Source: Gammaproteobacteria bacterium (GTDB lineage: Bacteria > Pseudomonadota > Gammaproteobacteria > Magnimaribacterales > D2472). Taken from it: a stretch of 64,000 nt of DNA. Below the pieces are notes generated by a model. It worked only from the letters and a program-made list of their open reading frames with translations, was not told the DNA's origin and made no database searches. The position numbers and the translations under genes were made by a program. The stretch covers positions 1,913-65,912 of the forward strand of contig JBJLIB010000015.1 in assembly GCA_045564015.1 (NCBI GenBank). The letters run 5' to 3'. Positions 48,043 to 58,429 of this stretch are shown piece after piece (the first letter of the stretch is position 1; each line of letters begins with the position of its first letter).

Positions 48043-49176
48043 TTAAATTACGAAATTAATTAATTTTTCTTTTATATAGATTACCTTTTTTATAGGCTGG
48101 TTAGCTAGAATTTTTTTAACATTTTTATTTTCCTTAGCTATTATCTCTATTTCAGCTTCTTCACTTTCAACTGAAATATTTTCTTTTCCTCTTACTTTTC
48201 CATTCACTTGAATGATTAGTTGAAACTCTTCTAATTGAAGAAATTCTTCATTAAATATTGGCCAAGAATTTTCAAAATCATCTCCGTCAGACTCTGTGTA
48301 TTGCCTCCACAAATAAAGACTTATATGAGGAGTGATTGGAGATAACATTTTCAACGTAAAGTGAATTACCTCATCTAAACAAAATTTTTGTCCTTTAGAT
48401 GCATCATCAGCCTTAAATGACTCAGGCACAGCATTCAATAACTCCATTATTGATGCTATAGCTGTATTAAATGAATTACGTTCTGCGTAATCATGAGAAA
48501 CCTTTTTAAGGGTTTTATGACTTTTCTGACGAAGCCCAAGCTCAAGTTTTGTAAATTCATTTGGCTGTTTTTCGTCAAATTTCTTTCTTTGCGATGCAAG
48601 ACTCCAGACTCGTTTGAGAAATCTGTATGAACCCTCGATTGCTGTATCTGACCATTCAAGAGACTGCTCAGGCGGTGATGTAAACATCATGTAAAGCCTA
48701 ATTGTGTCTGCTCCATATTGATCGATAAATTTTTGTGGATCCACAGTATTGCCTTTTGACTTTGACATTTTGTAACCATCTTTTAATACCATGCCTTGTG
48801 TAAGCAGCTTTTTGAAAGGCTCATCACCATCCACCAGACCGATATCCCTCATTGCTTTATGAAAGAATCTTGAATAAAGAAGATGTAATATTGCGTGCTC
48901 AATCCCACCAACATATAAGTCTACGGGGAGCCAATGCTTTGAATTTTCGTCTAACGCTTGTTCATTATTTTCTGCAGATGTAAATCTTGCGTAGTACCAT
49001 GATGAATCTACAAAAGTATCAAAAGTATCGACTTCACGATATTTGCCATCGCCTAGATCAAAAAAATCACTATTTTGGCTCAATGGTTTTGGAGATTCTC
49101 CATCTTTTATCTTTGGCAGCTTAACCGGCAGATCGTTATTCTCTAGAAAAGTATGGGTTGCCATTCTCATAGACAA
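48043..49176 (-). CDS. leuS: leucine--tRNA ligase, C-terminal fragment (frame-shifted relative to the N-terminal fragment)
   Basis: Contains DTFDTFVDSSWYYARF, LPVDLYVGGIEHAILHLLYSRFF and the KMSKS loop (YKMSKSKGN). The anticodon-binding and C-terminal domains follow. Confidence 0.85.
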   Translation of the reverse strand: MSMRMATHTFLENNDLPVKLPKIKDGESPKPLSQNSDFFDLGDGKYREVDTFDTFVDSSWYYARFTSAENNEQALDENSKHWLPVDLYVGGIEHAILHLLYSRFFHKAMRDIGLVDGDEPFKKLLTQGMVLKDGYKMSKSKGNTVDPQKFIDQYGADTIRLYMMFTSPPEQSLEWSDTAIEGSYRFLKRVWSLASQRKKFDEKQPNEFTKLELGLRQKSHKTLKKVSHDYAERNSFNTAIASIMELLNAVPESFKADDASKGQKFCLDEVIHFTLKMLSPITPHISLYLWRQYTESDGDDFENSWPIFNEEFLQLEEFQLIIQVNGKVRGKENISVESEEAEIEIIAKENKNVKKILANQPIKKVIYIKEKLINFVI

Positions 49177-50449
49177 CAGGTATTGGACAACCCCAAAATC
49201 TCTGTCTGCTAACTCCCCAGTCTCTTAGTCTAAAATTCTCAATACTTTTACCAATCTTGTTCTTTTCCAAGTGACTATTAATATTGAGAATTGCTTCATC
49301 TGATTTTTGACCAGTAAAATCATTAGAGTTAAGCAGTATTCCTTTCTTCGAAGATGGCAATTCATCCGCTTCAATTACTTTCTTAATCTCTATATTATAT
49401 TTTTGGGCAAACTCATAATCCCTATCATCGTGAGCGGGAACACCCATCACAACTCCTGTTCCGTAGTCCATCAAAACATAATTTGCAATCCACACATCAA
49501 GATTCATATCTATGAATGGATGCTTAACCTTTAAATTTGTTTTGAACCCTAATTTTTCTGCCTTAGCCATATCAGCTTCAGCCATTTTCGTTGCATTACA
49601 TTTTTTAATAAATTCATTAATTTCCGAGTTATCAGTTGCAAGATTTTGAGCTAGTGGATGATTTGGAGAAATAGCTATATAAGTTACGCCATAAATAGTA
49701 TCTATTCTTGTGGTAAAAGCAGTTAATTCCTCCTCATTGAGCAAGGAAAACTTTATTTCTGAGCCAAATGACTTACCAATCCAGTTTTTTTGCATAGATT
49801 TTACATTTTCTGGCCAGTCCAAACTTTCAGCTGATGTCAGCAATTCATCGGCATAATCAGTTATCTTTAAAAACCATTGATCAATTTCTTTTAATTCAAC
49901 AGTTGCTCCAGATCTCCATCCTTTTCCATCGATAACTTGTTCATTTGCTAAAACTGTTTCATCAACAGGATCCCAATTAACCAGAGATTTCTTTCTATAT
50001 ACAAGACCTTTTTTATGAAGCAATGTAAAAATTTCCTGTTCCCATCTAAAATAATTAGGATCACAGGTTTTCAGTTCTTTTGACCAATCATAACTAAAGC
50101 CCAATCTTTTCAACTGTGATTTCATATTTTCAATGTTTTGTTCAGTCCAGCTTTGTGGATCGACTTTATTTTTAATAGCAGCATTCTCAGCTGGCAAGCC
50201 AAATGCGTCCCATCCCATTGGTTGAAAAACGTTAAAGCCCTGCATTCTCTTAAATCTAGAAATTACATCTCCAATCGTATAATTGCGAACATGACCCATA
50301 TGCAATTTTCCAGAAGGATATGGAAACATTGAAAGACAGTAGAACTTTTCTTTTGTTTTTGAGGGCGAAGCCTTATATGAATTGTTTTGCACCCAAGATT
50401 CTTGGATTAGATTCTCTACTTCAGCAGGATTATATTCTTTGCCACTCAT
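49136..50449 (-). CDS. leuS: leucine--tRNA ligase, N-terminal fragment (HIGH motif plus CP1 editing domain)
   Basis: Contains MFPYPSGKLHMGHVRNY (the HIGH motif) and the CP1 editing region. It ends ...RDWGVSRQRFWGCPIPVVYENGN, then 5 out-of-frame residues and a stop. Confidence 0.85.
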   Translation of the reverse strand: MSGKEYNPAEVENLIQESWVQNNSYKASPSKTKEKFYCLSMFPYPSGKLHMGHVRNYTIGDVISRFKRMQGFNVFQPMGWDAFGLPAENAAIKNKVDPQSWTEQNIENMKSQLKRLGFSYDWSKELKTCDPNYFRWEQEIFTLLHKKGLVYRKKSLVNWDPVDETVLANEQVIDGKGWRSGATVELKEIDQWFLKITDYADELLTSAESLDWPENVKSMQKNWIGKSFGSEIKFSLLNEEELTAFTTRIDTIYGVTYIAISPNHPLAQNLATDNSEINEFIKKCNATKMAEADMAKAEKLGFKTNLKVKHPFIDMNLDVWIANYVLMDYGTGVVMGVPAHDDRDYEFAQKYNIEIKKVIEADELPSSKKGILLNSNDFTGQKSDEAILNINSHLEKNKIGKSIENFRLRDWGVSRQRFWGCPIPVVYENGNPYFSRE

Positions 50450-51789
50450 TTTTCTAAAAAAGATCCTTCAAGATAGTTGATATTATGTCTATTCTCACAG
50501 AATGTTTGATCTTTTAAGAGTTTTTGATGCAAAGAGTGATTTGTATTTATGCCATCAACAAAAAATTCATCCAAAGCGCTTAACATTCTTTTTATACATG
50601 ATTTTCGGGTATTTGCAGTTGTAATAATTTTTGCAAGCAGGGAATCGTAGTGGGGAGGCACTACATATCCTGAATAGATATGGGAGTCAAATCTTACTCC
50701 AAATCCACCAGGCGGATGCATCTTATTGATAATCCCTGGAGCGGGAACAAAAGTTTCAGGATCTTCAGCATTTATTCTGCACTCTATTGCATGCCCTCGG
50801 AATATAATTTCATCTTGATCAAGGGTTAGCTCCATCCCCAGAGCAATTTTTAATTGAGCTTTAACAATATCGAAGCCAGTAATCATTTCAGAAACAGGAT
50901 GTTCAACTTGAATTCTGGTATTCATTTCAATGAAATAAAATTTACCATCTTCATAAAGAAACTCGAGTGTTCCTACTCCAGAATAATTAATTTTTTTACA
51001 AAGAGTTAAGCATGCTTTTAACATTTTTTCTAAGGACTTTTGATTTATGTTAAGAGCAGGAGCCTCTTCAATAATTTTTTGGTGTCTTCTCTGCATGCTG
51101 CAATCTCTTGTACCAAGATGAATAGCATTTCCTTTGCCGTCAGCAACAATCTGGACTTCTACATGACGGGGATTTTGAATAAATTTTTCAAAATATATGG
51201 TGTCATTTCCAAAAGCATTTTTTGCCTCTTGTTTGGTGAGTTGCAATGATGAGATTAACTCAGACTCTTCTTGGACAACTCTCATTCCTCTTCCACCACC
51301 TCCTGCAGATGCCTTAATTATTAAAGGATAGCCGACAGCTGAAGCTATTTTTTTAATTTCATCATCACTTTCAGGAATTTCTCCTTTATAACCCGGCACT
51401 ATAGGAATATTTGAATCTTCAGCAAGACCCTTTGCAGTAATTTTATCTCCCATTTGCCGGATAACATTTGAAGAGGGACCGATGAATTTAAACCCACTAG
51501 CTTCACATCTTTCAGCAAAATCTGCATCTTCTGCAAGAAAGCCGTACCCAGGATATATTGCATCTGTATTCGTAAGCTCGGCAGCTGAAAGAATAGCTGG
51601 GATATTAAGATAGCTTTCCAAGGGACTTTCCGGTCCAATGCATACAGTTTCATCTGCTAGCCTTAGATGCTTTAGGTCTTTGTCTCCAGACGAATAAATT
51701 GCAACTGTTTCTATGTCAAGCTCTTTGCAGGCTCTCAGAGCTCGCAGAGCAATCTCTCCTCGATTGGCAATAAGGATTTTTTTAGACAT
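50446..51789 (-). CDS. accC: acetyl-CoA carboxylase biotin carboxylase subunit
   Basis: 447 aa. It has KILIANRGEIALRALRACKEL and ATP-grasp motifs. It follows accB. Confidence 0.95.
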   Translation of the reverse strand: MSKKILIANRGEIALRALRACKELDIETVAIYSSGDKDLKHLRLADETVCIGPESPLESYLNIPAILSAAELTNTDAIYPGYGFLAEDADFAERCEASGFKFIGPSSNVIRQMGDKITAKGLAEDSNIPIVPGYKGEIPESDDEIKKIASAVGYPLIIKASAGGGGRGMRVVQEESELISSLQLTKQEAKNAFGNDTIYFEKFIQNPRHVEVQIVADGKGNAIHLGTRDCSMQRRHQKIIEEAPALNINQKSLEKMLKACLTLCKKINYSGVGTLEFLYEDGKFYFIEMNTRIQVEHPVSEMITGFDIVKAQLKIALGMELTLDQDEIIFRGHAIECRINAEDPETFVPAPGIINKMHPPGGFGVRFDSHIYSGYVVPPHYDSLLAKIITTANTRKSCIKRMLSALDEFFVDGINTNHSLHQKLLKDQTFCENRHNINYLEGSFLEK

Positions 51790-52220
51790 TAATCTATAAC
51801 AATTAAAGATTGATCAAATTCAACAGGTTGACCGTCTTCAATATTAATAGCCGAAACCTTGCCAGTAAATTCTGATTTGATCTCATTCATCATTTTCATT
51901 GCTTCAACTATGCACACAACGTCCCCAGCATTTACCTGACTGCCAATTTCAACAAAAGGAGGCTGATCAGGACCTGGCTTTCTATAAAAAGTTCCAACAA
52001 TGGGAGATTTGATTGAGGAGCCTGATGCATTGTCTAATACTTCGTTATTTTCTGATTGAGCATTAAGTGAATCAGCCGTGATGAAAGAAGATTTAACTTC
52101 TAGCGGTTGAGCATTCCCTCGGACAATTCTTACTGACTCTTCGCCTTCTTTAACTTCAATTTCGTTGAGATCAGAGTCTTGCAGCATTTCTATTAATTTT
52201 TTAATTTTTCTAATATCCAT
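51789..52220 (-). CDS. accB: acetyl-CoA carboxylase biotin carboxyl carrier protein
   Basis: 143 aa. The biotinylation motif is VEAMKMMNEI. Confidence 0.9.
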   Translation of the reverse strand: MDIRKIKKLIEMLQDSDLNEIEVKEGEESVRIVRGNAQPLEVKSSFITADSLNAQSENNEVLDNASGSSIKSPIVGTFYRKPGPDQPPFVEIGSQVNAGDVVCIVEAMKMMNEIKSEFTGKVSAINIEDGQPVEFDQSLIVID

Positions 52221-52660
52221 TATTTCTTATCCTTATATTCATCAAGGATATGCCTAAGAGCTAAGTCATATCCTTGTGTCCCAAGCCCGCAAATAACTCC
52301 ATTCGCAATATCAGAAAAATAGGATTTATGTCTAAACTCTTCCCTAGAAAAGATATTGGATATATGAACTTCATAAAACGGAATCCCAATGCCAAGAAGG
52401 GAATCTCTAATTGCAATGCTAGTATGGGTCAGTGCTCCAGGATTTATTATTATGAAATCTATTTGATTCATTGAATCTTGAAGTTTGGTAACAATTTCAT
52501 GCTCGGCATTACTTTGAAAGGCTTCTATTTGAATATTGTTAGAGCTTGCCCTTTTTTCCAAACCTTCGTTAATTTCTTCCATTGTTACTGAGCCATAAAC
52601 CTCAGGCTCTCTAATACCAAGTAGATTTAAATTAGGACCATGTATTACTAATATTTTCAT
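52220..52660 (-). CDS. aroQ: type II 3-dehydroquinate dehydratase
   Basis: MKILVIHGPNLNLLGIREPEVYG is the canonical N-terminus. HISNIFSREEFRH is present. Confidence 0.9.
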   Translation of the reverse strand: MKILVIHGPNLNLLGIREPEVYGSVTMEEINEGLEKRASSNNIQIEAFQSNAEHEIVTKLQDSMNQIDFIIINPGALTHTSIAIRDSLLGIGIPFYEVHISNIFSREEFRHKSYFSDIANGVICGLGTQGYDLALRHILDEYKDKK

Positions 52661-52702
52661 TTTTATTGATTTTATAATGTTTTTTACAGAAATTAAACGA
52701 TT

Positions 52703-53116
52703 TTAAAGACTTTTAAGGATTTTTGGATAACAGTACTTACCTTCAGCACACCCTTGATAAATAACCTCAATGCTCTGAGGTTTGCCTAGATTAACATGTA
52801 AAAGCTCAGCTTCAACCTTTAGAACATCCTTAAAAATAATTGAGTCTCCAAAAAATTCATCAGAAATTTTAGATTCATTCTTGATAATGTGATTGTGTTC
52901 AAGAATATCATCACCAGCCTTAACTACAATTGACTTTTTATACAGGTAATATCCAGGTTTAATATCCCATGATACAAATATTTTATTTTCTAAAATCAGT
53001 GAACTTAAAACGAAGGCTTCATCAGCATTTAAAATATCCTTTTGTGAAAATTGGACATTGCTAAATATAAATCCGGATAGAAAAACAAACGAGTATAATA
53101 AATATCTAGAATTCAT
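52703..53116 (-). CDS. stand-alone DsbD N-terminal (alpha) domain protein, periplasmic
   Basis: 137 aa with a signal peptide. DEAFVLS...WDIKPGYYLYKKSI...DEFFGDS...YQGCAEGKYCYP is colinear with E. coli nDsbD (DQAFAFD...WQIKDGYYLYRKQI...DEFYGKS...YQGCADAGFCYPP). Both active-site Cys residues are included. Confidence 0.75.
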   Translation of the reverse strand: MNSRYLLYSFVFLSGFIFSNVQFSQKDILNADEAFVLSSLILENKIFVSWDIKPGYYLYKKSIVVKAGDDILEHNHIIKNESKISDEFFGDSIIFKDVLKVEAELLHVNLGKPQSIEVIYQGCAEGKYCYPKILKSL

Positions 53117-53137
53117 TAACGCATTATAAAAGAAACC

Positions 53138-54169
53138 ATGGCCATTAAATTATTTTTAAAAATTTTCTTTTCAATCCCAGTTTGGTTGTTAAAATGCCTT
53201 ACTTTTCAGAAAAGTATTGTCATTAATAATCAAATTCTAGATTTTCAAACCCAAGTCTTTTTATGGCTGCAATCTTCGCAACCGAATCCTTTTGATGATT
53301 TAGATTCACTTAATTCTGCTAAAGATTTGAGAAACAAAATAGAAGGTAGCAGAGAAGATCTTTATCAGCTTTTAAATTCAAAGCCGCAGGAAGCTATTAA
53401 AGTTACAGATCATTTGTTACCAAGTGATTTTGGGAAGCTGAAATTAAGGGAGTATTGCCCTGATAAAGTTTTAATAAGTTCCCCAATTCTATATTTTCAT
53501 GGCGGTGGTTATGTCATAGGCAGCATCAATACTCATGATGCATGGTTGAAGTTCTTTTCAGCATATATGGGAGTAAAGATTTTTTCACTTGAATACAGAT
53601 TGGCACCAGAGAATAAATTTCCTTCCTCGCTTGTTGATTCAAACATAGCCCTCGAATGGCTAAGTGATAAATTGAATTTACGCATAGGAGATATCAGCGT
53701 TTGTGGTGACAGCGCTGGGGCACACTTGGCAGCTTCTCTTTCAACGTATAGAGCTATCAATAATTTAGAATTACCTTTGTCACAATGTCTTATTTACCCA
53801 ATGACAGATCCATTGTGCAATTCTAAATCACATGATGATTTTGCAGATGGATTTATGTTAAGCCAAAAAGCGATGATTTGGTTTTGGGAACAATTAATGA
53901 GTTCAAGAGATAATCTTAATAACCCAGTATTTAACTTAACTATTGATCCAAACAAAACTCTTCCAAAAACCTTAATAATTACAGCAGGTTTTGATCCCCT
54001 TGGTGATGAAGGAGAAGCATATGCCAGGCTTCTTGATAATACTGGAAATGAAGTACAGCAAATTCATTATCCCCATCTAATTCATGGTTTTGTAAATATG
54101 ACTGCTTTGAACGCTGCAAAAGATGCAACTAAAGATTTACTTAAAACATACAAAAAATTTTTAAAATAA
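53138..54169 (+). CDS. alpha/beta hydrolase, hormone-sensitive-lipase-type esterase
   Basis: The oxyanion motif is HGGG (YFHGGGYVIGS). The nucleophile elbow is GDSAGAHLA. The C-terminal region runs DPLGDEG...HGF. Confidence 0.75.
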   Translation: MAIKLFLKIFFSIPVWLLKCLTFQKSIVINNQILDFQTQVFLWLQSSQPNPFDDLDSLNSAKDLRNKIEGSREDLYQLLNSKPQEAIKVTDHLLPSDFGKLKLREYCPDKVLISSPILYFHGGGYVIGSINTHDAWLKFFSAYMGVKIFSLEYRLAPENKFPSSLVDSNIALEWLSDKLNLRIGDISVCGDSAGAHLAASLSTYRAINNLELPLSQCLIYPMTDPLCNSKSHDDFADGFMLSQKAMIWFWEQLMSSRDNLNNPVFNLTIDPNKTLPKTLIITAGFDPLGDEGEAYARLLDNTGNEVQQIHYPHLIHGFVNMTALNAAKDATKDLLKTYKKFLK

Positions 54170-55767
54170 TGAAATCATTACTTCAAATTTCTAATTTATC
54201 TATTAATTTTCAAGTAAGAAAAGCTGAGTTTTGTGCTGTGAAGAATTTAGACCTAGAAATTAAAGAGAATCAGATCGCTGGCCTTGTTGGAGAATCTGGG
54301 TCAGGTAAATCTGTCACGGCAATGTCTATCATGCGATTGCTTCCTGAGCCAAAGGCATCATTCGGCGATCAGTCCTCAATCAAATTTGATGGAGAGGAAA
54401 TCCTCAGCGCTGATAAGAACACCTTAAGAAAGATTAGAGGAAATAAAATTTCAATGATTTTCCAAGAACCTATGACCTCATTGAATCCATATCATAGAGT
54501 TGGCGATCAAATAGTTGAATCGATCCTATTGCATGAGAAACAAGTTAAATCTGCAGCTATATTAGAGGCAAAAAATCTGATGAATCTCGTTGAAATTCCT
54601 GAGGTTGAAAGAAGATTTTCTTCATATCCCCATGAGCTTTCAGGTGGTCAGCGACAAAGAATTATGATTGCAATGGCGTTGGCTAATAAACCTAAATTAC
54701 TCATTGCAGATGAGCCAACAACTGCACTTGATGTAACTATACAGGCTCAAATTCTTGATCTAATGACAAAGTTAAAGGATGAAGTAGGAATGTCTATATT
54801 ATTCATTACCCATGATTTAGGATTGATTGAGAAATTTTCAGACACTATCACAGTTATGCAGGAGGGAGTTGTTGTAGAACAAGGAGATACAAAAGCAGTA
54901 TTTTCAAATCCACAGCATGCATATACAAAAAAACTCATCAATTCAGAGCCATCAATTAAGCAAGAGCTTTTAAATGAAGAGCCTCCTTTGATTGCAGTCA
55001 AGGATCTAAATATTTTTTATCCTTTACCAAATAAAACATTTTTTAAAAAAGAATTTTTTCATGCAGTGAAAGATGTAAACTTTTCGATCCCCAGAAAATC
55101 AACAATAGGATTAGTTGGAGAATCCGGATCCGGCAAATCAACTTTGGGTAAAGCCCTTGCTGGACTAATTAATTATGAAGGCTCAGTTCTTTATGGTGGT
55201 TTAGATATTGCTCAATTAAGTTCAAAGGAATCTAAGTCAATTAAAAAAGATATTCAGATCGTGTTTCAAGATCCTTATGGCTCTCTTTCGCCTCGAATGA
55301 CTGTAGGTGAAATAGTTGGTGAAGGCTTAGATGTGCATTTTGATCTTAATACAAAACAAAAAGACGAACGCATTGCAGATTGTCTTAAGGCAGTCGAGAT
55401 CAATCCAGATAATAGATTTAAATATCCACACGAGTTTTCTGGTGGACAGAGGCAGCGAGTTGCGATTGCAAGGTCGCTAATTTTAAACCCCTCATTTATG
55501 ATTTTAGATGAACCTACTTCCGCCCTAGATAGATCGATTCAAATTCAGGTTATTGAGCTCTTAAAAAATATTCAGACAGAGTATGAATTAACATATTTAT
55601 TTATTAGCCATGATCTCAAGGTAGTTAGATCAATGTCAGACTATATATTTGTGATGCAAAATGGACTCATCGTCGAATCAGGCCCTGCTAAACAAGTTTT
55701 CTCAAGCCCAGAAGAAGACTATACTGATAAACTTCTTAATGCCGCATTACGTTATTCCACCGTTTAA
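54169..55767 (+). CDS. ABC transporter ATP-binding protein with duplicated ATPase domains (YejF/DppDF-fusion type)
   Basis: 532 aa. It has two Walker A motifs (GESGSGKS twice), two ABC signatures (LSGGQRQR and FSGGQRQR) and two Walker B motifs (LLIADEPT and FMILDEPT). Confidence 0.85.
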   Translation: MKSLLQISNLSINFQVRKAEFCAVKNLDLEIKENQIAGLVGESGSGKSVTAMSIMRLLPEPKASFGDQSSIKFDGEEILSADKNTLRKIRGNKISMIFQEPMTSLNPYHRVGDQIVESILLHEKQVKSAAILEAKNLMNLVEIPEVERRFSSYPHELSGGQRQRIMIAMALANKPKLLIADEPTTALDVTIQAQILDLMTKLKDEVGMSILFITHDLGLIEKFSDTITVMQEGVVVEQGDTKAVFSNPQHAYTKKLINSEPSIKQELLNEEPPLIAVKDLNIFYPLPNKTFFKKEFFHAVKDVNFSIPRKSTIGLVGESGSGKSTLGKALAGLINYEGSVLYGGLDIAQLSSKESKSIKKDIQIVFQDPYGSLSPRMTVGEIVGEGLDVHFDLNTKQKDERIADCLKAVEINPDNRFKYPHEFSGGQRQRVAIARSLILNPSFMILDEPTSALDRSIQIQVIELLKNIQTEYELTYLFISHDLKVVRSMSDYIFVMQNGLIVESGPAKQVFSSPEEDYTDKLLNAALRYSTV

Positions 55768-55769
55768 TT

Positions 55770-57431
55770 ATGTCAAATAGAAAATTTTCAAAGAATCTTG
55801 TGGATGGGCCTCTTCAGGCCGCTTCTCGATCTATGCTTAGAGGGGTTGGTTTTGAAACGGCTGATTTCTCAAAGCCATTAGTTGGCATAGCTTCAACTTG
55901 GTCAAAAGTAACTCCTTGTAATATGCATATAAATGAATTGGCAGAACTGGTAGAAGGGTCTATCGATGCTTCCGATTGCAAGGGAGTTCTTTTTAACACT
56001 ATTACAGTTTCAGATGGTATATCCATGGGAACCCAAGGAATGAAATATTCATTGGTTTCAAGAGAGGTAATAGCAGACTCTATTGAGACTGTTGTAGGGT
56101 GTTTAGGCTACGATGGAGTGGTGGCGATTGGCGGGTGTGATAAGAATATGCCAGGAGCTTTAATAGGCTTGGCAAGATTAAATAGACCTTCAATATTTAT
56201 TTATGGTGGCTCTATTCAACCAAGTTCTATAAATACTGATTATGTTACTGTTTGTGAAAAAGTTGGTGAATATGCAAAAGGCAGTATTAGTGAGGAAGAT
56301 TTGATAGCAGTTGAGAAAGTTTCAGTCAAAGGTCCTGGATCCTGTGGGGGCATGTATACCGCTAATACTATGGCATCAAGCATCGAAGCTCTTGGGATGA
56401 GTTTGCCAGGAAGCAGCAGTCAAGATGCAGTGTCCAATGACAAAAAACAAGATTGTCAGGATGCTGGAGCTGCCATTAAAAACTTGTTAGACCTTGATAT
56501 CAAGCCAAGCGATATCATGACAAAAAAGGCCTTTGAGAATTCAATAGCAGTTGTTATTGCCTTAGGGGGCTCAACAAATGCTGTGTTGCATCTGCTTGCT
56601 ATGGCTCACTCTATCGGTGTTGATCTTGATCTAGATGATTTTACGCGCATTGGAAAAGTCACTCCTGTGTTGGCAGACATCAAACCTTTCGGAGTCCACT
56701 TTATGTCTGAGCTTAACGCAATTGGTGGAATTGCCCCTATGATGAAGTTGATGCTTGAAAATGGACTGCTGCATGGAGATTGCCTTACTGTTACCGGAAA
56801 AACCTTAGAAGAAAACCTTCAAGAAGTGTTGCCATATCCTGACGGTCAAAAGATTATCCTACCCTTTTCTAAACCGGTTAAAGATTCCAGCCATTTAAGA
56901 GTACTTTATGGAAACTTAGCTCCAGAAGGAGCAGTAGCAAAAATTACTGGCAAAGAGGGAACTTTATTTACAGGTAACGCAAAGGTTTTTAATTCTGAGG
57001 AAGATGGCATGGCAGCGATTCTTGAGAAAAAAATTACAGAGGGTGACGTTGTTGTGATTAGATTCGAGGGTCCTCAAGGCGGTCCAGGAATGAGAGAAAT
57101 GCTTAAGCCTACTTCTGCAATTATGGGGCAAGGCTTAGGAGACAAAGTTGCTTTCATCACTGATGGTAGATTCTCTGGTGGGACCCATGGATTTGTGGTT
57201 GGACATATCAGTCCTGAGGCAGAGATGGGTGGTCCTATTGCACTGATTCAAGATGGGGATGAAATTACAATTGATGCTAATGCAGATATTTTATCTCTTA
57301 ATATTAGTGACGAAGAAATGAAAAAAAGATCAGAAAGCTGGAAAAACCCAAATTCGTCCCCAAAAAGTGGTGTGTTGGCTAAATACAAAAAAACGGTCCA
57401 GTCAGCATCAAAAGGCGCTATCACTGATTAA
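55770..57431 (+). CDS. ilvD: dihydroxy-acid dehydratase
   Basis: 553 aa. Motifs are [27 protein letters not shown] and [10 protein letters not shown]. Confidence 0.95.
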   Translation: MSNRKFSKNLVDGPLQAASRSMLRGVGFETADFSKPLVGIASTWSKVTPCNMHINELAELVEGSIDASDCKGVLFNTITVSDGISMGTQGMKYSLVSREVIADSIETVVGCLGYDGVVAIGGCDKNMPGALIGLARLNRPSIFIYGGSIQPSSINTDYVTVCEKVGEYAKGSISEEDLIAVEKVSVKGPGSCGGMYTANTMASSIEALGMSLPGSSSQDAVSNDKKQDCQDAGAAIKNLLDLDIKPSDIMTKKAFENSIAVVIALGGSTNAVLHLLAMAHSIGVDLDLDDFTRIGKVTPVLADIKPFGVHFMSELNAIGGIAPMMKLMLENGLLHGDCLTVTGKTLEENLQEVLPYPDGQKIILPFSKPVKDSSHLRVLYGNLAPEGAVAKITGKEGTLFTGNAKVFNSEEDGMAAILEKKITEGDVVVIRFEGPQGGPGMREMLKPTSAIMGQGLGDKVAFITDGRFSGGTHGFVVGHISPEAEMGGPIALIQDGDEITIDANADILSLNISDEEMKKRSESWKNPNSSPKSGVLAKYKKTVQSASKGAITD

Positions 57432-57436
57432 TTTTT

Positions 57437-58429
57437 ATGATTAAAAGAACATACCCCCAATCAAGACTTCGAAGAACACGCTCAAAAGGCTTCCTAAGAG
57501 ATCTTGTTGCTGAAAATCATTTAAGTACCAATGACTTGATTCAGCCAATTTTCATTGCAGATCAATCAGAGCTGAAAGTTGAAATACCTTCTATGCCTGG
57601 AATATTTAGGCACAACCTAGAATCACTTTATGTTGAAACCGAGGAACTAGTCAAAAAAGGTATAAAATCTGTTGCTATCTTCCCAGCGATTGACTCAAAT
57701 AAAAAAGATCAAAAAGGCTCACATGCTTTTGATGAAAACAATATAGTATGCATGGCATTAAGAGGTTTAGCAGACAAATTTCCAGATGTTATTAAAATTG
57801 CTGATGTCGCGCTAGATCCCTTCACAGATCATGGGCATGATGGAGTTTTACTTGATGGCAAAGTAGATAATGATCAAACTCTAGAGTTGCTTAAAGATCA
57901 AGCTCTACTTTTAGCTCAATCTGGAGCAGATGTGCTTGCTCCCTCAGACATGATGGATGGAAGAGTGAGGCTGATTAGAGATACTTTAGAATCAAACCGA
58001 TTCGTGGATACTGTCATATTATCTTACGCTGCTAAATATGCTTCTAGTTTTTATGGACCATTTAGAGAAGCCGTAGGATCCTCTGCCAATCTTGGCAATG
58101 CTTCAAAGAAAACATATCAGATGAATTTTGCAAACCTTGATGAGGCTCTCCATGAAACAGCCATGGATATAGAAGAGGGTGCAGATATTGTTATGGTTAA
58201 ACCAGGTACAGCATACCTTGATGTTGTGCATGCAATTAAATCTGAGTTTCAAATACCAACATTTGTTTATCAAGTGAGTGGCGAATATTCAATGCTTAAG
58301 TTAAGTATTGAGAAGGGGTGGCTTGATAAAGATGTTATGTTAGAATCTTTATTGTGTTGCAAAAGAGCTGGCGCTGATGCCATCTTAACCTACGCAGCAA
58401 AGCAAATAGCATCGGAGTTAAATTCATGA
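57437..58429 (+). CDS. hemB: porphobilinogen synthase (aspartate-rich type, not the Cys/Zn type)
   Basis: 330 aa. Motifs are RRTR, VALDPFTDHGHDGV (Asp-rich metal site instead of CxCxC), MVKPG and YQVSGEY. Confidence 0.95.
   Translation: MIKRTYPQSRLRRTRSKGFLRDLVAENHLSTNDLIQPIFIADQSELKVEIPSMPGIFRHNLESLYVETEELVKKGIKSVAIFPAIDSNKKDQKGSHAFDENNIVCMALRGLADKFPDVIKIADVALDPFTDHGHDGVLLDGKVDNDQTLELLKDQALLLAQSGADVLAPSDMMDGRVRLIRDTLESNRFVDTVILSYAAKYASSFYGPFREAVGSSANLGNASKKTYQMNFANLDEALHETAMDIEEGADIVMVKPGTAYLDVVHAIKSEFQIPTFVYQVSGEYSMLKLSIEKGWLDKDVMLESLLCCKRAGADAILTYAAKQIASELNS

Noticed and set aside
47268-48063. ORFs 47268..47483 (-), 47549..47800 (+) and 47830..48063 (+) inside the 374-aa hypothetical gene. 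Similar small ORFs lie inside leuS (48456..48659, 49043..49228, 49307..49534, 50138..50332).
   Set aside because: All are nested in longer frames that are either motif-supported (leuS) or much longer and cleaner. There is no independent evidence for them.
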